From Candidatus Babelota bacterium (lineage in GTDB: Bacteria > Babelota > Babeliae > Babelales > CAIQNR01), in the NCBI GenBank assembly GCA_965658655.1, contig CBFHTA010000001.1, positions 178,507 through 242,506 of the forward strand: DNA of 64,000 bases, in the 5' to 3' direction. Every line of letters begins with the position of its first letter. The stretch's first letter is position 1. Shown one piece after another: positions 9,430 to 18,836 of the stretch. Both the position numbers and the translations under genes were made by a program. The notes beneath the pieces were generated by a model. That model had not been told where the DNA came from and searched no databases. It saw nothing but the letters and a program-made list of their open reading frames with translations.

Positions 9430-10422
9430 TTAGGGGGACGGAACCGTAGATAATATTTTCTGGATAACCATGTCTGTCTTAACATCTTCGGCTTCGGCTT
9501 CATAAGAAAGTAGTAAGCGGTGACGCAGTACAGCTGGGGCAATAGCTTTTACATCATCTGGAATAACAAAGTGGCGAGCTTTTAAAAATGCGTGAGCCCG
9601 CGCTGCGTGGTGTAATGCAAGTGTTGCCCGGGGAGAAACACCGTACTGAATATAGTTTGCTACATCATGGAGCTTGTACTCTTTTGGATTTCGTGTAGCA
9701 AAGACAAGTTCAACAATATAGTCTTTAATTTTATCGTCCACGTACACTTTTTGTACGAGTTCTTGCGCTTCGAAAATATCTTCTTTCTTAACAACCTGTT
9801 TTATTTGGTCAAGGTTAAAGCTTTTGTTTAAGATTTCTTTCTCATGTTTTTTTTCTGGGTACTTAACTTCAAGTTTAAACATGAACCGGTCAACTTGAGC
9901 TTCGGGTAATCTATAAGTTCCTTCTTGCTCGATTGGGTTTTGTGTTGCAAAGACTAAGAATGGTAGATCGAGTGGAAATGTTTCAGAACCGATGGTTACC
10001 TGGCGCTCTTGCATTGCTTCAAGAAGTGCGGCTTGAACTTTTGCTGGAGCACGGTTAATTTCATCTGCCAAAATTAAGTTGGCAAATATAGGCCCTTTTT
10101 TTGTAGAGAAAGATTGAGTCTTTGGATTGTAGATTAAGGTTCCAATGAGATCTGCGGGTAATAAGTCTGGAGTGAACTGAATCCGAGAAAACCCTAAGCC
10201 AAGAGCAGTGTTCATTGCTTTAATCATGGTAGTTTTAGCAACACCGGGAACACCTTCTAGTAAAATGTGGCCATTGCTCAAGATTGCTAACTCTATAAAG
10301 GTGATAATGTCTTGTTGTCCTACAATAACATTTGCAACTTCGCTTGATAGAATGTTGAAAAGTGCGCTTTTTTCTTTTATTGCTTCTATGGTTTGGTTAT
10401 CAAAAGTGTTTTTGGTAGCCAT
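9430..10422 (-). CDS. MoxR-family AAA+ ATPase
   Basis: 330 aa. Walker A in ILLEGVPGVAKTT and Walker B in ILADEINRAPAKVQAALLEAMQERQVTI. Conserved tail SPRATLALHHAARAHAFLKARHFVIPDDVK. Confidence 0.9.
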   Translation of the reverse strand: MATKNTFDNQTIEAIKEKSALFNILSSEVANVIVGQQDIITFIELAILSNGHILLEGVPGVAKTTMIKAMNTALGLGFSRIQFTPDLLPADLIGTLIYNPKTQSFSTKKGPIFANLILADEINRAPAKVQAALLEAMQERQVTIGSETFPLDLPFLVFATQNPIEQEGTYRLPEAQVDRFMFKLEVKYPEKKHEKEILNKSFNLDQIKQVVKKEDIFEAQELVQKVYVDDKIKDYIVELVFATRNPKEYKLHDVANYIQYGVSPRATLALHHAARAHAFLKARHFVIPDDVKAIAPAVLRHRLLLSYEAEAEDVKTDMVIQKILSTVPSP

Positions 10423-10531
10423 TGTTTCCCTCGAGAGCCGTTATTTTTTCTTAATAAATTTACCTTTTTATCATAGTATAGAAACAAGAATTTTTTAATA
10501 GGGTATTTTTTTATAAAAAACAGAGGCGACT

Positions 10532-11059
10532 ATGATCCTTTCAGGAAAAGAGATTAAGAGACGACTGGGAAGGGATATTAACATTTCCCCGTTCGATGAA
10601 AAACGTTTGAACCCGAACAGCTATAATCTTTCGCTTAACAAAGAGTTGTTGGTATATGATACTGATCATCTTGATATGAAAAAAGAAAATACGGTTAAAC
10701 AAATTGTTATTCCACCCGAAGGGTTAGTTCTTGAGCGCCACAAATTATATTTAGCCAGAACCAATGAATACACAGAAACAAACAATTGCGTTCCTATGCT
10801 CGAAGGCCGTTCATCTATTGGTCGTTTAGGGCTGTTTATTCATGTGACTGCGGGGTTTGGAGATGTTGGCTTTAGAGGGTATTGGACGCTTGAGATTTTC
10901 TGTGTGCAACCTATTCGTATTTATCCTGATGTTGAGATTTGCCAGATCTTTTATCATACAATTGATGGTGATTTTGATCAGTATGTAAGCAATAAATATC
11001 AAGATAACAAAGGAGTCCAGCCAAGCTTGCTCTATAAGGATTTTGAAAAACAATTATGA
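10532..11059 (+). CDS. dcd: dCTP deaminase
   Basis: 175 aa. MILSGKEIKRRL...NPNSYNLSL start and EGRSSIGRLGLFIHVTAGFGDVGFRGYWTLEI signature. Confidence 0.9.
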   Translation: MILSGKEIKRRLGRDINISPFDEKRLNPNSYNLSLNKELLVYDTDHLDMKKENTVKQIVIPPEGLVLERHKLYLARTNEYTETNNCVPMLEGRSSIGRLGLFIHVTAGFGDVGFRGYWTLEIFCVQPIRIYPDVEICQIFYHTIDGDFDQYVSNKYQDNKGVQPSLLYKDFEKQL

Positions 11060-11406
11060 AAAAAGCACTTTTATTTTTACTTTTTACTCTATCGGGTGTT
11101 ATTAAAGGCACAGAAGATGATACAGGCAGTTATGAGCTTGTCAGAGAAAATCCACTCAGCAGTTTACTAGGAAGCGCGGTACAATATACTTTATACAAAA
11201 ATGAAGGAAACGGGTTTATTATTTTTCCTTCCGAGTCAGAAGCAATTTTAGAATTTTCGGGTAGGCATTGTACGGTTGGCGCAGATTCTTTTTTTCAAAT
11301 GGAATCTTATCGCCAATTAGCCAATTCTAACCAAAAATTTTGCTTGAACTTGCTTTCTGCTCTTCTAGGCGGTTGCATTCGTTTGCCAAGTAAAAAACAA
11401 GACTAG
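11056..11406 (+). CDS. Hypothetical secreted protein
   Basis: 116 aa. Signal peptide MKKALLFLLFTLSGVIKG. ATGA overlap with the dcd stop. No recognisable motif. Confidence 0.4.
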   Translation: MKKALLFLLFTLSGVIKGTEDDTGSYELVRENPLSSLLGSAVQYTLYKNEGNGFIIFPSESEAILEFSGRHCTVGADSFFQMESYRQLANSNQKFCLNLLSALLGGCIRLPSKKQD

Positions 11407-11653
11407 GAACTAGTTATGAAAAGAATCCTTTTGCTTTTATCTACTGTGTTATTTCATGCTGTTTTTGTAGTTGAGCACTCTGTAGATGTGTTTGGTTGTA
11501 TAGTAAAAAAGCTTTGAGTAAAAGGATAAATAAGCATCTTCTTATGTTTGCAGCTTAAGCCAGAGATCTGTTTTTATGAATGGGGCGGGGAGATTGTGCT
11601 TTTAATGGAATTAAAGTAAAGAGCGAATAAGAAGCAATTAAAAAGGAGAAAGA

Positions 11654-11977
11654 ATGATATTGAAATTAGTTACAGAAGTGCATCATGTAATTTCTTACAT
11701 TGGCATAGCCATTATTATTTGGGGAGTGGTTCGGTCGGTTCTTGATATTGTCAATGATTGCATGGCAAAAAAGAAAGACATGCTTTTTAGAAGTGCTCGC
11801 ATGGTGCTCTGCCAACACATTGTGTTTGGATTGGAATTTATGGTTGCTGGTGATGTTATTCGAACTATTATTTTGCCGGATTTTCGAACTCTTGCAGTTT
11901 TAGGTGGGCTCGTTGTTATTAGAACAGTCTTAAGTTATTTTGTAGATATGGAATTGCGACATTTGCGTAAAATGTAA
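11654..11977 (+). CDS. Small integral membrane protein (DUF1622-like)
   Basis: 107 aa with hydrophobic helices (ISYIGIAIIIWGVV, GLEFMVAGDVIRT). AAAGGAG Shine-Dalgarno 7 nt upstream of the ATG. Confidence 0.55.
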   Translation: MILKLVTEVHHVISYIGIAIIIWGVVRSVLDIVNDCMAKKKDMLFRSARMVLCQHIVFGLEFMVAGDVIRTIILPDFRTLAVLGGLVVIRTVLSYFVDMELRHLRKM

Positions 11978-11980
11978 TAG

Positions 11981-12748
11981 TTATTGCTCTTTTACAATTT
12001 CTGTTTGAATTGGCCCTTCAGTTTCTCCGCGGATGAACTGGTGCACATAGGGGTTGTCAGAATCCCAGATAGTTTTTGCATCACCTACGTACTGAATGGT
12101 TCTGTCGTTTAATAGTGCTATATTGTCGGCATATTGGAATATTTCAGGGTCATGTGAAATAACAATAGAAGTAAGTCCAAGCTTGTCTTGTGTGCTTTTC
12201 ATGAGCTCGTGAATAATGCGTACGGTAATAGGATCAAGACCAGTTGTTGGCTCGTCGTATAAAACAATTTTTGGATTAGTGACCAAAGTACGGGCAAGAC
12301 CAACGCGTTTTTTCATTCCACCAGAAAGCTCTGATGGGTATTTGTCCATAGTGTCATCTGGGTTCAAGTTCACCAGCGAAAGTTTCTCTCGAACGATTGG
12401 TTCTACTTCTTCTCGTGTCATACCTTTTTCTAAAAGAGGAAGGCCTACGTTTTCAAATACGTTTAACGAATCGAGCAGTGCAGCAAATTGAAATACATAC
12501 CCTACTTTTTTGAAAATTTCTTTTAGTTGTTTTTCATCTAAGTCTGTAATGTTTATATCGTCTATAATAACTTGCCCTGATGTTGGTTTAATCAAACCAA
12601 TAATTTGTTTGAGTAGGACAGATTTTCCTTCACCAGACTTTCCAATAATGCAAGTCATTTTCCCTTCGGGAATTTTGAGGTTTACATCGTTAGTAATCCA
12701 TGGGCCATTTTCTCCAAAGCGCTTTTTTAAATTTTTTAATTCAATCAC
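11981..12748 (-). CDS. mlaF: ABC transporter ATP-binding protein, MlaF-like
   Basis: 255 aa. Walker A GKSGEGKS, signature LSGGMKKRVGLARTL, Walker B VLYDEPTTGLD. Directly downstream of the MlaE-like permease. Confidence 0.85.
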   Translation of the reverse strand: MIELKNLKKRFGENGPWITNDVNLKIPEGKMTCIIGKSGEGKSVLLKQIIGLIKPTSGQVIIDDINITDLDEKQLKEIFKKVGYVFQFAALLDSLNVFENVGLPLLEKGMTREEVEPIVREKLSLVNLNPDDTMDKYPSELSGGMKKRVGLARTLVTNPKIVLYDEPTTGLDPITVRIIHELMKSTQDKLGLTSIVISHDPEIFQYADNIALLNDRTIQYVGDAKTIWDSDNPYVHQFIRGETEGPIQTEIVKEQ

Positions 12749-12756
12749 GTTGTTCC

Positions 12757-13533
12757 CTAATTAAAGAGCAATGCGGTCAAAAAGTAATCAACTATCAAAA
12801 TTAAAATAGAACTGACAACTACTGCTTCTGTAGTTGAGATACCTACCCCTTTTGCTCCACCAGATGTTTGATAACCTTTATAGCAACTTACCCATGTCAA
12901 AATTAAACCAAACACCGAAGCTTTTATAAGCCCTCCGGTAATATCTGAATACTCAAGATAGGTTTGTATTCCATCTATATATTGCTGCCCATTGATGTGT
13001 AATGTATGAACCGCAATTAAGTAGCCTCCCATGATTCCAAACATTGAGCAAAAAAGAGATAAAAAAGGCAAGATAATAACTCCAGCAAGCACTCGCGGTA
13101 TCATTAAGAATTGATTGAAGTCAATTCCTAATGTTTTAAGTGCGTCAAGTTGTTCGGTTATTTTCATAGTTCCAAGTTCTGCAGCAATTGCAGACCCTGC
13201 ACGTCCTGTTACCATTAATCCGGTAAGTACCGGCCCTAGTTCTCGTGTTAAGGAAAGCGCAACAACAGGGCCAATGAAGCCTTCTGCACCAAAACGCTTA
13301 AAACCAAAATAACTTTGCAAAGCAAGTACAGCCCCAGATGAAGCACCGGTAAGAACTACAATAGAAAGTGAATCAACACCAATCATTTTCATCTGTACAA
13401 AAGTTTTGTGTAGCTTCAAACGAGAGGAAAGAAAAGTCTTTATAATGTTGAAAAAGAAAAGAACAAAAGCGCCTAGAGTATTAAACAGACCAACGGTTTC
13501 TTCACCAATTACTTGAAAAATATTCAGCTGCAT
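12757..13533 (-). CDS. mlaE: ABC transporter permease, MlaE-like
   Basis: 258 aa polytopic protein. MlaE-type core LTRELGPVLTGLMVTGRAGSAIAAELGTMKITEQLDALKTLGID. Confidence 0.85.
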   Translation of the reverse strand: MQLNIFQVIGEETVGLFNTLGAFVLFFFNIIKTFLSSRLKLHKTFVQMKMIGVDSLSIVVLTGASSGAVLALQSYFGFKRFGAEGFIGPVVALSLTRELGPVLTGLMVTGRAGSAIAAELGTMKITEQLDALKTLGIDFNQFLMIPRVLAGVIILPFLSLFCSMFGIMGGYLIAVHTLHINGQQYIDGIQTYLEYSDITGGLIKASVFGLILTWVSCYKGYQTSGGAKGVGISTTEAVVVSSILILIVDYFLTALLFN

Positions 13534-13571
13534 AACACTTTCCCTTTTTTACAAAGTGTTGAAGGCTTTTT

Positions 13572-13865
13572 TTATCGCTTAGCTTGTTCTTGTTGAGGGA
13601 GTTGTTGACGAATTTTATTCATATATTTAGTTGAATTTCTACTTTTCATAATAGATAAGAAGAGTGATCCAGCCATAAAGAACGTCACCAATACCCAGGT
13701 GGTCTTTTGGAATAAATCCTGTCCGCCAGAACCGCCGAAGAGCATCTGAGAACCGCCACCAAGGGAGTCGAGACCCATACTTCCTTTTCCTTTTTGGAGA
13801 AAAATAATTAAAGTTAAAGCGAAACACAAAAGAACAAATCCAAAAACCATTAATCCAAATAACAT
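13572..13865 (-). CDS. secG: Preprotein translocase subunit SecG
   Basis: 97 aa. Two TM helices flank a Gly-rich loop (FLQKGKGSMGLDSLGGGSQMLFGGSGGQDLFQKTT). Confidence 0.8.
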   Translation of the reverse strand: MLFGLMVFGFVLLCFALTLIIFLQKGKGSMGLDSLGGGSQMLFGGSGGQDLFQKTTWVLVTFFMAGSLFLSIMKSRNSTKYMNKIRQQLPQQEQAKR

Positions 13866-13997
13866 AGTGATACTCCGTTTAAATCAATATTTAAGACATA
13901 CTATACTATAATTATTTTGTTATGGGAATCCACGCTCATGTATCTTTGTCTTTGTTCGGGATTCTTTTCATAGACAGCTTGCTGTTTATATAAATAG

Positions 13998-14696
13998 TTA
14001 AGAACAGATTTTAGAGAATTCATCGAAGTTTAAACTTGCTCTGCCAATCAAGAGTCCGCAAATATGTTCGATTTCAAGAAGTTCTTTTTTGTTTTCGTGA
14101 CTAACGCTTCCGCCGTAGAGCATTGCACAGCCGGGCATTTCTTTTTTTATAAACCCTATTGTTTTTGTGAGTTCCTCTTTGTTTGGGGTTTTTCCAGACC
14201 CAATAGCCCAAGTAGGTTCATAAGCAATATAAGCAGGCGCGGTACCAATGGCTTCTTTTAGGGCAGTTAGCTGTGTTCGCAAGACATTTTCGGTATTATT
14301 GGACTCGTGTGCTTCTTTACTTTCACCAATACAAACTACAGGAATAACTCCAGCCTCTAATGCACGTAATGCCTTTTGCGCAACTTGCTCAGGAGAAGTT
14401 CCGGTAGCCCGTTCTTCGCTGTGCCCAACAACAATATAAGAGCATCCTGCTTGAGCTAGTGTTTTTGCGGCAACTTGTCCGGTATAAGGACCTTTTTCGA
14501 ACTCAGAGCAGGTTTGTGCGCCCATGGCCACACCAGAATCTTTGAGCATGTGGCTTATGGTGACCAGTGCTGGAAATGTTGGACAGAGTACAATTTTGTT
14601 TTCTATTTTTTTTAATACTTCAAGGTGATCGTTGCAGTAATTAATTTGTTCGGCCATATCAAGTTGCATTTTCCAATTTGCTATAAAAATTTTCAT
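13998..14696 (-). CDS. tpiA: Triosephosphate isomerase
   Basis: 232 aa. MKIFIANWKM start, VVGHSERA catalytic motif, AYEPTWAIGSGKT and LYGGSV. Confidence 0.9.
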   Translation of the reverse strand: MKIFIANWKMQLDMAEQINYCNDHLEVLKKIENKIVLCPTFPALVTISHMLKDSGVAMGAQTCSEFEKGPYTGQVAAKTLAQAGCSYIVVGHSEERATGTSPEQVAQKALRALEAGVIPVVCIGESKEAHESNNTENVLRTQLTALKEAIGTAPAYIAYEPTWAIGSGKTPNKEELTKTIGFIKKEMPGCAMLYGGSVSHENKKELLEIEHICGLLIGRASLNFDEFSKICS

Positions 14697-15016
14697 TTTG
14701 CTCCCATATATTTTAAATATCTTATCATCTCGATATCAACATTGCTGGTAGCTATTGATAGTAGCGACTCAGTGTAATTGTTTTCTTGAGAGCGAACTTT
14801 AGTGTTAATTTTCGCCCCTAGTTTAATAAGGGATGTAACCCTTATTGTATTGCTATTTCGAACTGCATCTATCAAGGCATCATTAAGGACTTCTTTTGTT
14901 GGTAATGGTTTCTCCTTAGGGAGGGGAGGAAAAGGATCAAAGTTGGGAGTAGCCGCAAAAAGAGGTACTCTGCAAAATAGTGTTAATAATAATGGAGTGT
15001 AAAGTGGTTTACCCAT
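14693..15016 (-). CDS. Small secreted ankyrin-repeat protein
   Basis: 107 aa. Signal peptide (PLLLTLFCRVPLFAA), then two ANK-like units (ALIDAVRNSNTIRVTSLIKLGAKIN; TESLLSIATSNVDIEMIRYLKYMGAK). 4-nt overlap with the tpiA start. Confidence 0.6.
   Translation of the reverse strand: MGKPLYTPLLLTLFCRVPLFAATPNFDPFPPLPKEKPLPTKEVLNDALIDAVRNSNTIRVTSLIKLGAKINTKVRSQENNYTESLLSIATSNVDIEMIRYLKYMGAK
14952..14986 (-). repeat. 35-bp signal-peptide-coding repeat, copy 1 (partner 15425..15459)
   Basis: gccgcaaaaagaggtactctgcaaaatagtgttaa versus gcggcaaaaagaggtactttgcaaaatagtgttaa. 2 mismatches by manual alignment. Confidence 0.85.
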
Positions 15017-15024
15017 GATTCTTC

Positions 15025-15495
15025 CTATTGTGTGGAGCCGTAAAGATGTCTTTGTGTCTCCATTTGTTTTTTAAGGTGGGGAAATCGATACATGATGTCT
15101 GTTGTAGCATCTACGCACCCTTTGCAAGGAAAAGGAATGGGAGAATTATAAAGTTTCCCCGATTCTGCATCCTGATGTGTACAATAGGATGCAGAGCCAT
15201 TTTGGTAATATACGGATATCGATTTGTTGCCCCATATTACTCTTACGGTTACCTCAGAACCAAGATAATCTGTGTCAGTTGCTGTGAGACACTTGGGCTT
15301 TGAAATAATATCTTCTATTGCAAAAGAAGGACGTACCGCTTCAATTTGTTTGAGCGGTTTTTTTGTATCGCGAGTATTGTCAATGTATTTGCAAATTATT
15401 TCGAGAACAGCAGTGTCGGGGGCAGCGGCAAAAAGAGGTACTTTGCAAAATAGTGTTAAAAACAAAAAAGAAAATGGTGTAATCTTTTTAAGCAT
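15025..15495 (-). CDS. Hypothetical secreted Cys-containing protein
   Basis: 156 aa. Signal peptide FLFLTLFCKVPLFAAA is almost identical to that of the downstream ANK gene. The mature part has no recognisable motif. Confidence 0.5.
   Translation of the reverse strand: MLKKITPFSFLFLTLFCKVPLFAAAPDTAVLEIICKYIDNTRDTKKPLKQIEAVRPSFAIEDIISKPKCLTATDTDYLGSEVTVRVIWGNKSISVYYQNGSASYCTHQDAESGKLYNSPIPFPCKGCVDATTDIMYRFPHLKKQMETQRHLYGSTQ
15425..15459 (-). repeat. 35-bp signal-peptide-coding repeat, copy 2 (partner 14952..14986)
   Basis: Same alignment as the partner feature. Encodes LTLFCKVPLFAA. Confidence 0.85.
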
Positions 15496-15512
15496 GAGAC
15501 TCCGTAGTATTT

Positions 15513-18077
15513 TTATGAAAGTTCTACTTTATTTTCTTTTACTTCTACTTTTACATCTTTTACTTCTGGGTCTTTGAGTAAAAATTGAGACAGTGGCACG
15601 GTAATGTATTCTTGAATTGCACGCTGTAAAGGGCGAGCGCCAAATTCTTTAACGTAACCTTTTTCTCCAATGTATTTTGCAACATTATCACCAATTGTTA
15701 ATGCAATGTGCCGCCCTTTTAATCGATGAGCAAGTTTTTGGAGGTTAATTTTTGCAATGTCGACAACTTGTTTTTCGTCGAGAGAGTTAAAGAAGACAAT
15801 TGCATCGATTCGATTCAAAAACTCTGGTTTAAAGGCTTTGTGAAGTTCTTTATCTACTTCTTCTTTTACTTTCTCATCAACTTTTCCAGCTTCAAGAATA
15901 TAATGAGAACCAATATTTGAGGTCATAATAATAATACAATTTTTGAATGAAACCCTGCGTCCTTGACCATCGGTCAAGTGTCCTTCATCGAGTATTTGTA
16001 AGAACAAGTTAAAGACATCTGGGTGAGCTTTTTCTATCTCATCGAATAAAACAACACTGTATGGGTTGCGACGAACTTGTTCGGTAAGTTGCCCACCCTC
16101 TTCATACCCAACATATCCGGGAGGAGCGCCAATGAGTCGAGCAACCGCATGTTTCTCCATGTATTCAGACATGTCGATACGAATGATTCTTTTTTTGTCG
16201 TGAAATAAGAAGTCTGCTAATGTTTTGGCAACCTCTGTTTTGCCAACACCAGTTGGTCCAAGGAAAAGAAAGGAACCAATTGGTTTATTAGGGTCGGTTA
16301 AGCCTGTGCGGTGCATTTGAATAGCATGGGTAACTTTTTCTATTGCTTGGTCTTGTCCAACAACGCTTTCTTTTAATACCGATTCCATTTTTAAAATACG
16401 CTGACTCTCGCTCTGTTGTAGTTTTTCTGCTGGTATTTTAGTCCAGCGTGAGAGCACCGCTGCAACATCGCTTTCATCTACTTCTTGTTTAACTAAGCAA
16501 GACTTTATGTTTTTAAGTTTCTCTTGTTGGGTAGCTAATTCTTTTTCTAATTTATCGATTTTGCCATATTTAATTTCTGATGCTTTAGCGTAATCACCTT
16601 CACGTTCTGCTTGTTGGTACTGATTAGTCGCTTCGTCTATTTCTGCTTTTATCTTATTCGCTTTCTCTAATGGTGCGGTTTCGGCCTTCCATTGGTTATA
16701 TAAAGTTTTATGTTGCTCTTTAAGTTCGGCCAATTCTTTTTCTAAGTCTTTTAACCGCTCTTTAGCTTTTGGATCATCTTTCTCTTTTGTGAGGGCGACT
16801 TTTTCTACTTCGAGCTGGTTAGTTTTCCGTTCAAGTTTGTCGAGCTCTTCTGGTTGAGAGTCGATAGACATTTTTACCATTGAGGCCGCTTCGTCAACCA
16901 GATCGATTGCTTTGTCTGGCAAGAATCGGTCAGCAATATTTTTATCAGAGAGTTCAACGGCGCTTACTAACGCTTGGTCTTTAATCCTTATTCCATGGTG
17001 TAGTTCATAACGCTCTTTGAGGCCGCGTAAAATAGAAAGAGCGTCTTCTGGTGTTGGTTCTTCAACATGCACAGGTTGGAATCGACGTTCAAGAGCGGAA
17101 TCTTTTTCTATATATTTTTTATATTCTTTTATAGTAGTTGCGCCAATGCAGCGTAGTTGTCCGCGAGCAAGAGCGGGTTTTAGTAGGTTAGAAGCATCCA
17201 TGCCGCCTCCTCCTGTTTGCCCGGCACCCACAATCATATGCATTTCGTCTATAAACAAAATGACTTTTCCTTGAGCTTCTTCAATTGCTTTTAAAATGTT
17301 TTTTATGCGCTCTTCGAATTCACCTTGGAATTTAGTTCCTGCCATAAGCAAGCCCATATCCAAAGAGAAGATTTGTTTATTGGTAAGACCTTCTGGTACA
17401 TCTCCGTTAGCAATACGAAGGGCTATGCCTTCTACGATTGCTGTTTTACCAACGCCTGGTTCACCAATAAGTACGGGGTTGTTTTTTGTTCTTCGAGAAA
17501 GAATTTGAATTACTCGACGAATTTCTTCGTGTCGACCAATGACGGGGTCGAGTTTTCCTTCTTCGGCTTGCTTGGTAATATTTTGTGTGTATTTTTCAAG
17601 GATTTGGTATTGTCCTTCTGCGTCTTTATCCTTGGCTGTTTTGCCTTTACGCATGGTTTGCATAATTTGCTTAATGGTTGCTTCGGTAAATTTATTTCGA
17701 TCAAAGAACTCGCGAATAGATTTGGGTAGATAGGGTGTTATGGCCCAGGCAATAATAAAGTGTTCTAAGCTAATATACGCATCGCCAAACTTGTCGGCCT
17801 CTTTTTTACATGTTTGTAAAAAGGTTTGCATTTCAGAAGAAAGGCTAATCTGATCTACATATTCTTGTGGTAACAAAGCGAGTTCACCTTTGAGAAGTTG
17901 GGATAGTTCGTGAGTAGGAACATCAGCGATGTTAAAAAAAGATAAACAAAACTCATTTTCAAGTGCTGCTGTGAGTGTGTGGAGAGGATAGAGCTTGGGA
18001 TTTTTAAGTTGAAGTGCCAGGCTTGCGGCTTTATTAAGAAGCTCCTGACTGGCGGTAGTAAAGTTATCGTTGGTCAT
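15513..18077 (-). CDS. clpB: Chaperone disaggregase ClpB
   Basis: 854 aa. Two AAA modules ([13 protein letters not shown]; [15 protein letters not shown]) separated by a long coiled-coil middle domain. N-terminal Clp repeat. Confidence 0.95.
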   Translation of the reverse strand: MTNDNFTTASQELLNKAASLALQLKNPKLYPLHTLTAALENEFCLSFFNIADVPTHELSQLLKGELALLPQEYVDQISLSSEMQTFLQTCKKEADKFGDAYISLEHFIIAWAITPYLPKSIREFFDRNKFTEATIKQIMQTMRKGKTAKDKDAEGQYQILEKYTQNITKQAEEGKLDPVIGRHEEIRRVIQILSRRTKNNPVLIGEPGVGKTAIVEGIALRIANGDVPEGLTNKQIFSLDMGLLMAGTKFQGEFEERIKNILKAIEEAQGKVILFIDEMHMIVGAGQTGGGGMDASNLLKPALARGQLRCIGATTIKEYKKYIEKDSALERRFQPVHVEEPTPEDALSILRGLKERYELHHGIRIKDQALVSAVELSDKNIADRFLPDKAIDLVDEAASMVKMSIDSQPEELDKLERKTNQLEVEKVALTKEKDDPKAKERLKDLEKELAELKEQHKTLYNQWKAETAPLEKANKIKAEIDEATNQYQQAEREGDYAKASEIKYGKIDKLEKELATQQEKLKNIKSCLVKQEVDESDVAAVLSRWTKIPAEKLQQSESQRILKMESVLKESVVGQDQAIEKVTHAIQMHRTGLTDPNKPIGSFLFLGPTGVGKTEVAKTLADFLFHDKKRIIRIDMSEYMEKHAVARLIGAPPGYVGYEEGGQLTEQVRRNPYSVVLFDEIEKAHPDVFNLFLQILDEGHLTDGQGRRVSFKNCIIIMTSNIGSHYILEAGKVDEKVKEEVDKELHKAFKPEFLNRIDAIVFFNSLDEKQVVDIAKINLQKLAHRLKGRHIALTIGDNVAKYIGEKGYVKEFGARPLQRAIQEYITVPLSQFLLKDPEVKDVKVEVKENKVELS

Positions 18078-18096
18078 AATAGTTTCCCCTCTTGTA

Positions 18097-18834
18097 TCAA
18101 AATAGGTTGCTAAGCCATTTTTTTATGCTTTGAATAAACCCAGATTGGTTTGTTTTATCGTGTATAGGTATAGGCTGGAAGTTTCTTTTTTCAATTTCAT
18201 TTTCTGAAGTAAGACTTATTAAAAGTTGCCTTCTTTCTTCTTCGTTGCTTGTATTATATTTTTCAATATTTTCTTTAGAGGTGAAAAAAACTTGCATTCC
18301 TAAATCTAAGAGCATTGTAAGGGTAGAGTCAAATTCAAATTTATATATTGGGGTTACAGGTTTTTTGGTTACCCATTGGTCAAGAAATACTGAGTCATAG
18401 TGAGAAGGATTTTTAAGCCAGGCATTGCGAGATATACCATAAAGTCCTAGATCGCAGTAAAACCCTTCAGTTGGTAAGAAATAAATCGCACCACCCTTAT
18501 CGTGCTTTAAAAGGTTTTCTTTAGAATCGCAAAGAAGAAATAGAGGGCCATTAGATATGCTTCCAGATCTAATAAGAAAGCCGCGATCTTTTTTATGAGG
18601 AAGTGTGAAAACTGCAGCAAATGCTAAATGAGGGGTTCCAAATACCACGTCGCCTTCACTTTTATTTCTTGGAGAAATCGATTGAGGAGTAAATTTTTTA
18701 ATGTTTTTATTGTGGGATCCATGAAAAAAAATTTTTGGTTGAGTTGGCAAATCATTTGGAAGTAAAATATCTTTTTTTTCATGGATAGTTTGTATTGAAA
18801 AAAAAGTTAAAAACAAAATAGATGCAGACTTCAC
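18097..18834 (-). CDS. Hypothetical secreted protein (possible ART-fold; see findings)
   Basis: 245 aa. Signal peptide MKSASILFLTFFSIQTI. Motifs IFFHGS, GDVVFGTPHLAFAAVF, GGAIYFLPTEGF, DQWVTKKPV. Confidence 0.5.
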   Translation of the reverse strand: MKSASILFLTFFSIQTIHEKKDILLPNDLPTQPKIFFHGSHNKNIKKFTPQSISPRNKSEGDVVFGTPHLAFAAVFTLPHKKDRGFLIRSGSISNGPLFLLCDSKENLLKHDKGGAIYFLPTEGFYCDLGLYGISRNAWLKNPSHYDSVFLDQWVTKKPVTPIYKFEFDSTLTMLLDLGMQVFFTSKENIEKYNTSNEEERRQLLISLTSENEIEKRNFQPIPIHDKTNQSGFIQSIKKWLSNLF

Positions 18835-18836
18835 TA

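Noticed and set aside
11407-11653. 247-bp gap upstream of the DUF1622-like gene: possible riboswitch, or a 33-codon ORF (MKRILLLLSTVLFHAVFVVEHSVDVFGCIVKKL, from 11417)
   Set aside because: I could not match the sequence to any riboswitch consensus I know (fluoride, guanidine, preQ1 and others), and no convincing conserved helices are visible. The mini-ORF looks like a stray signal-peptide fragment. Left unannotated.
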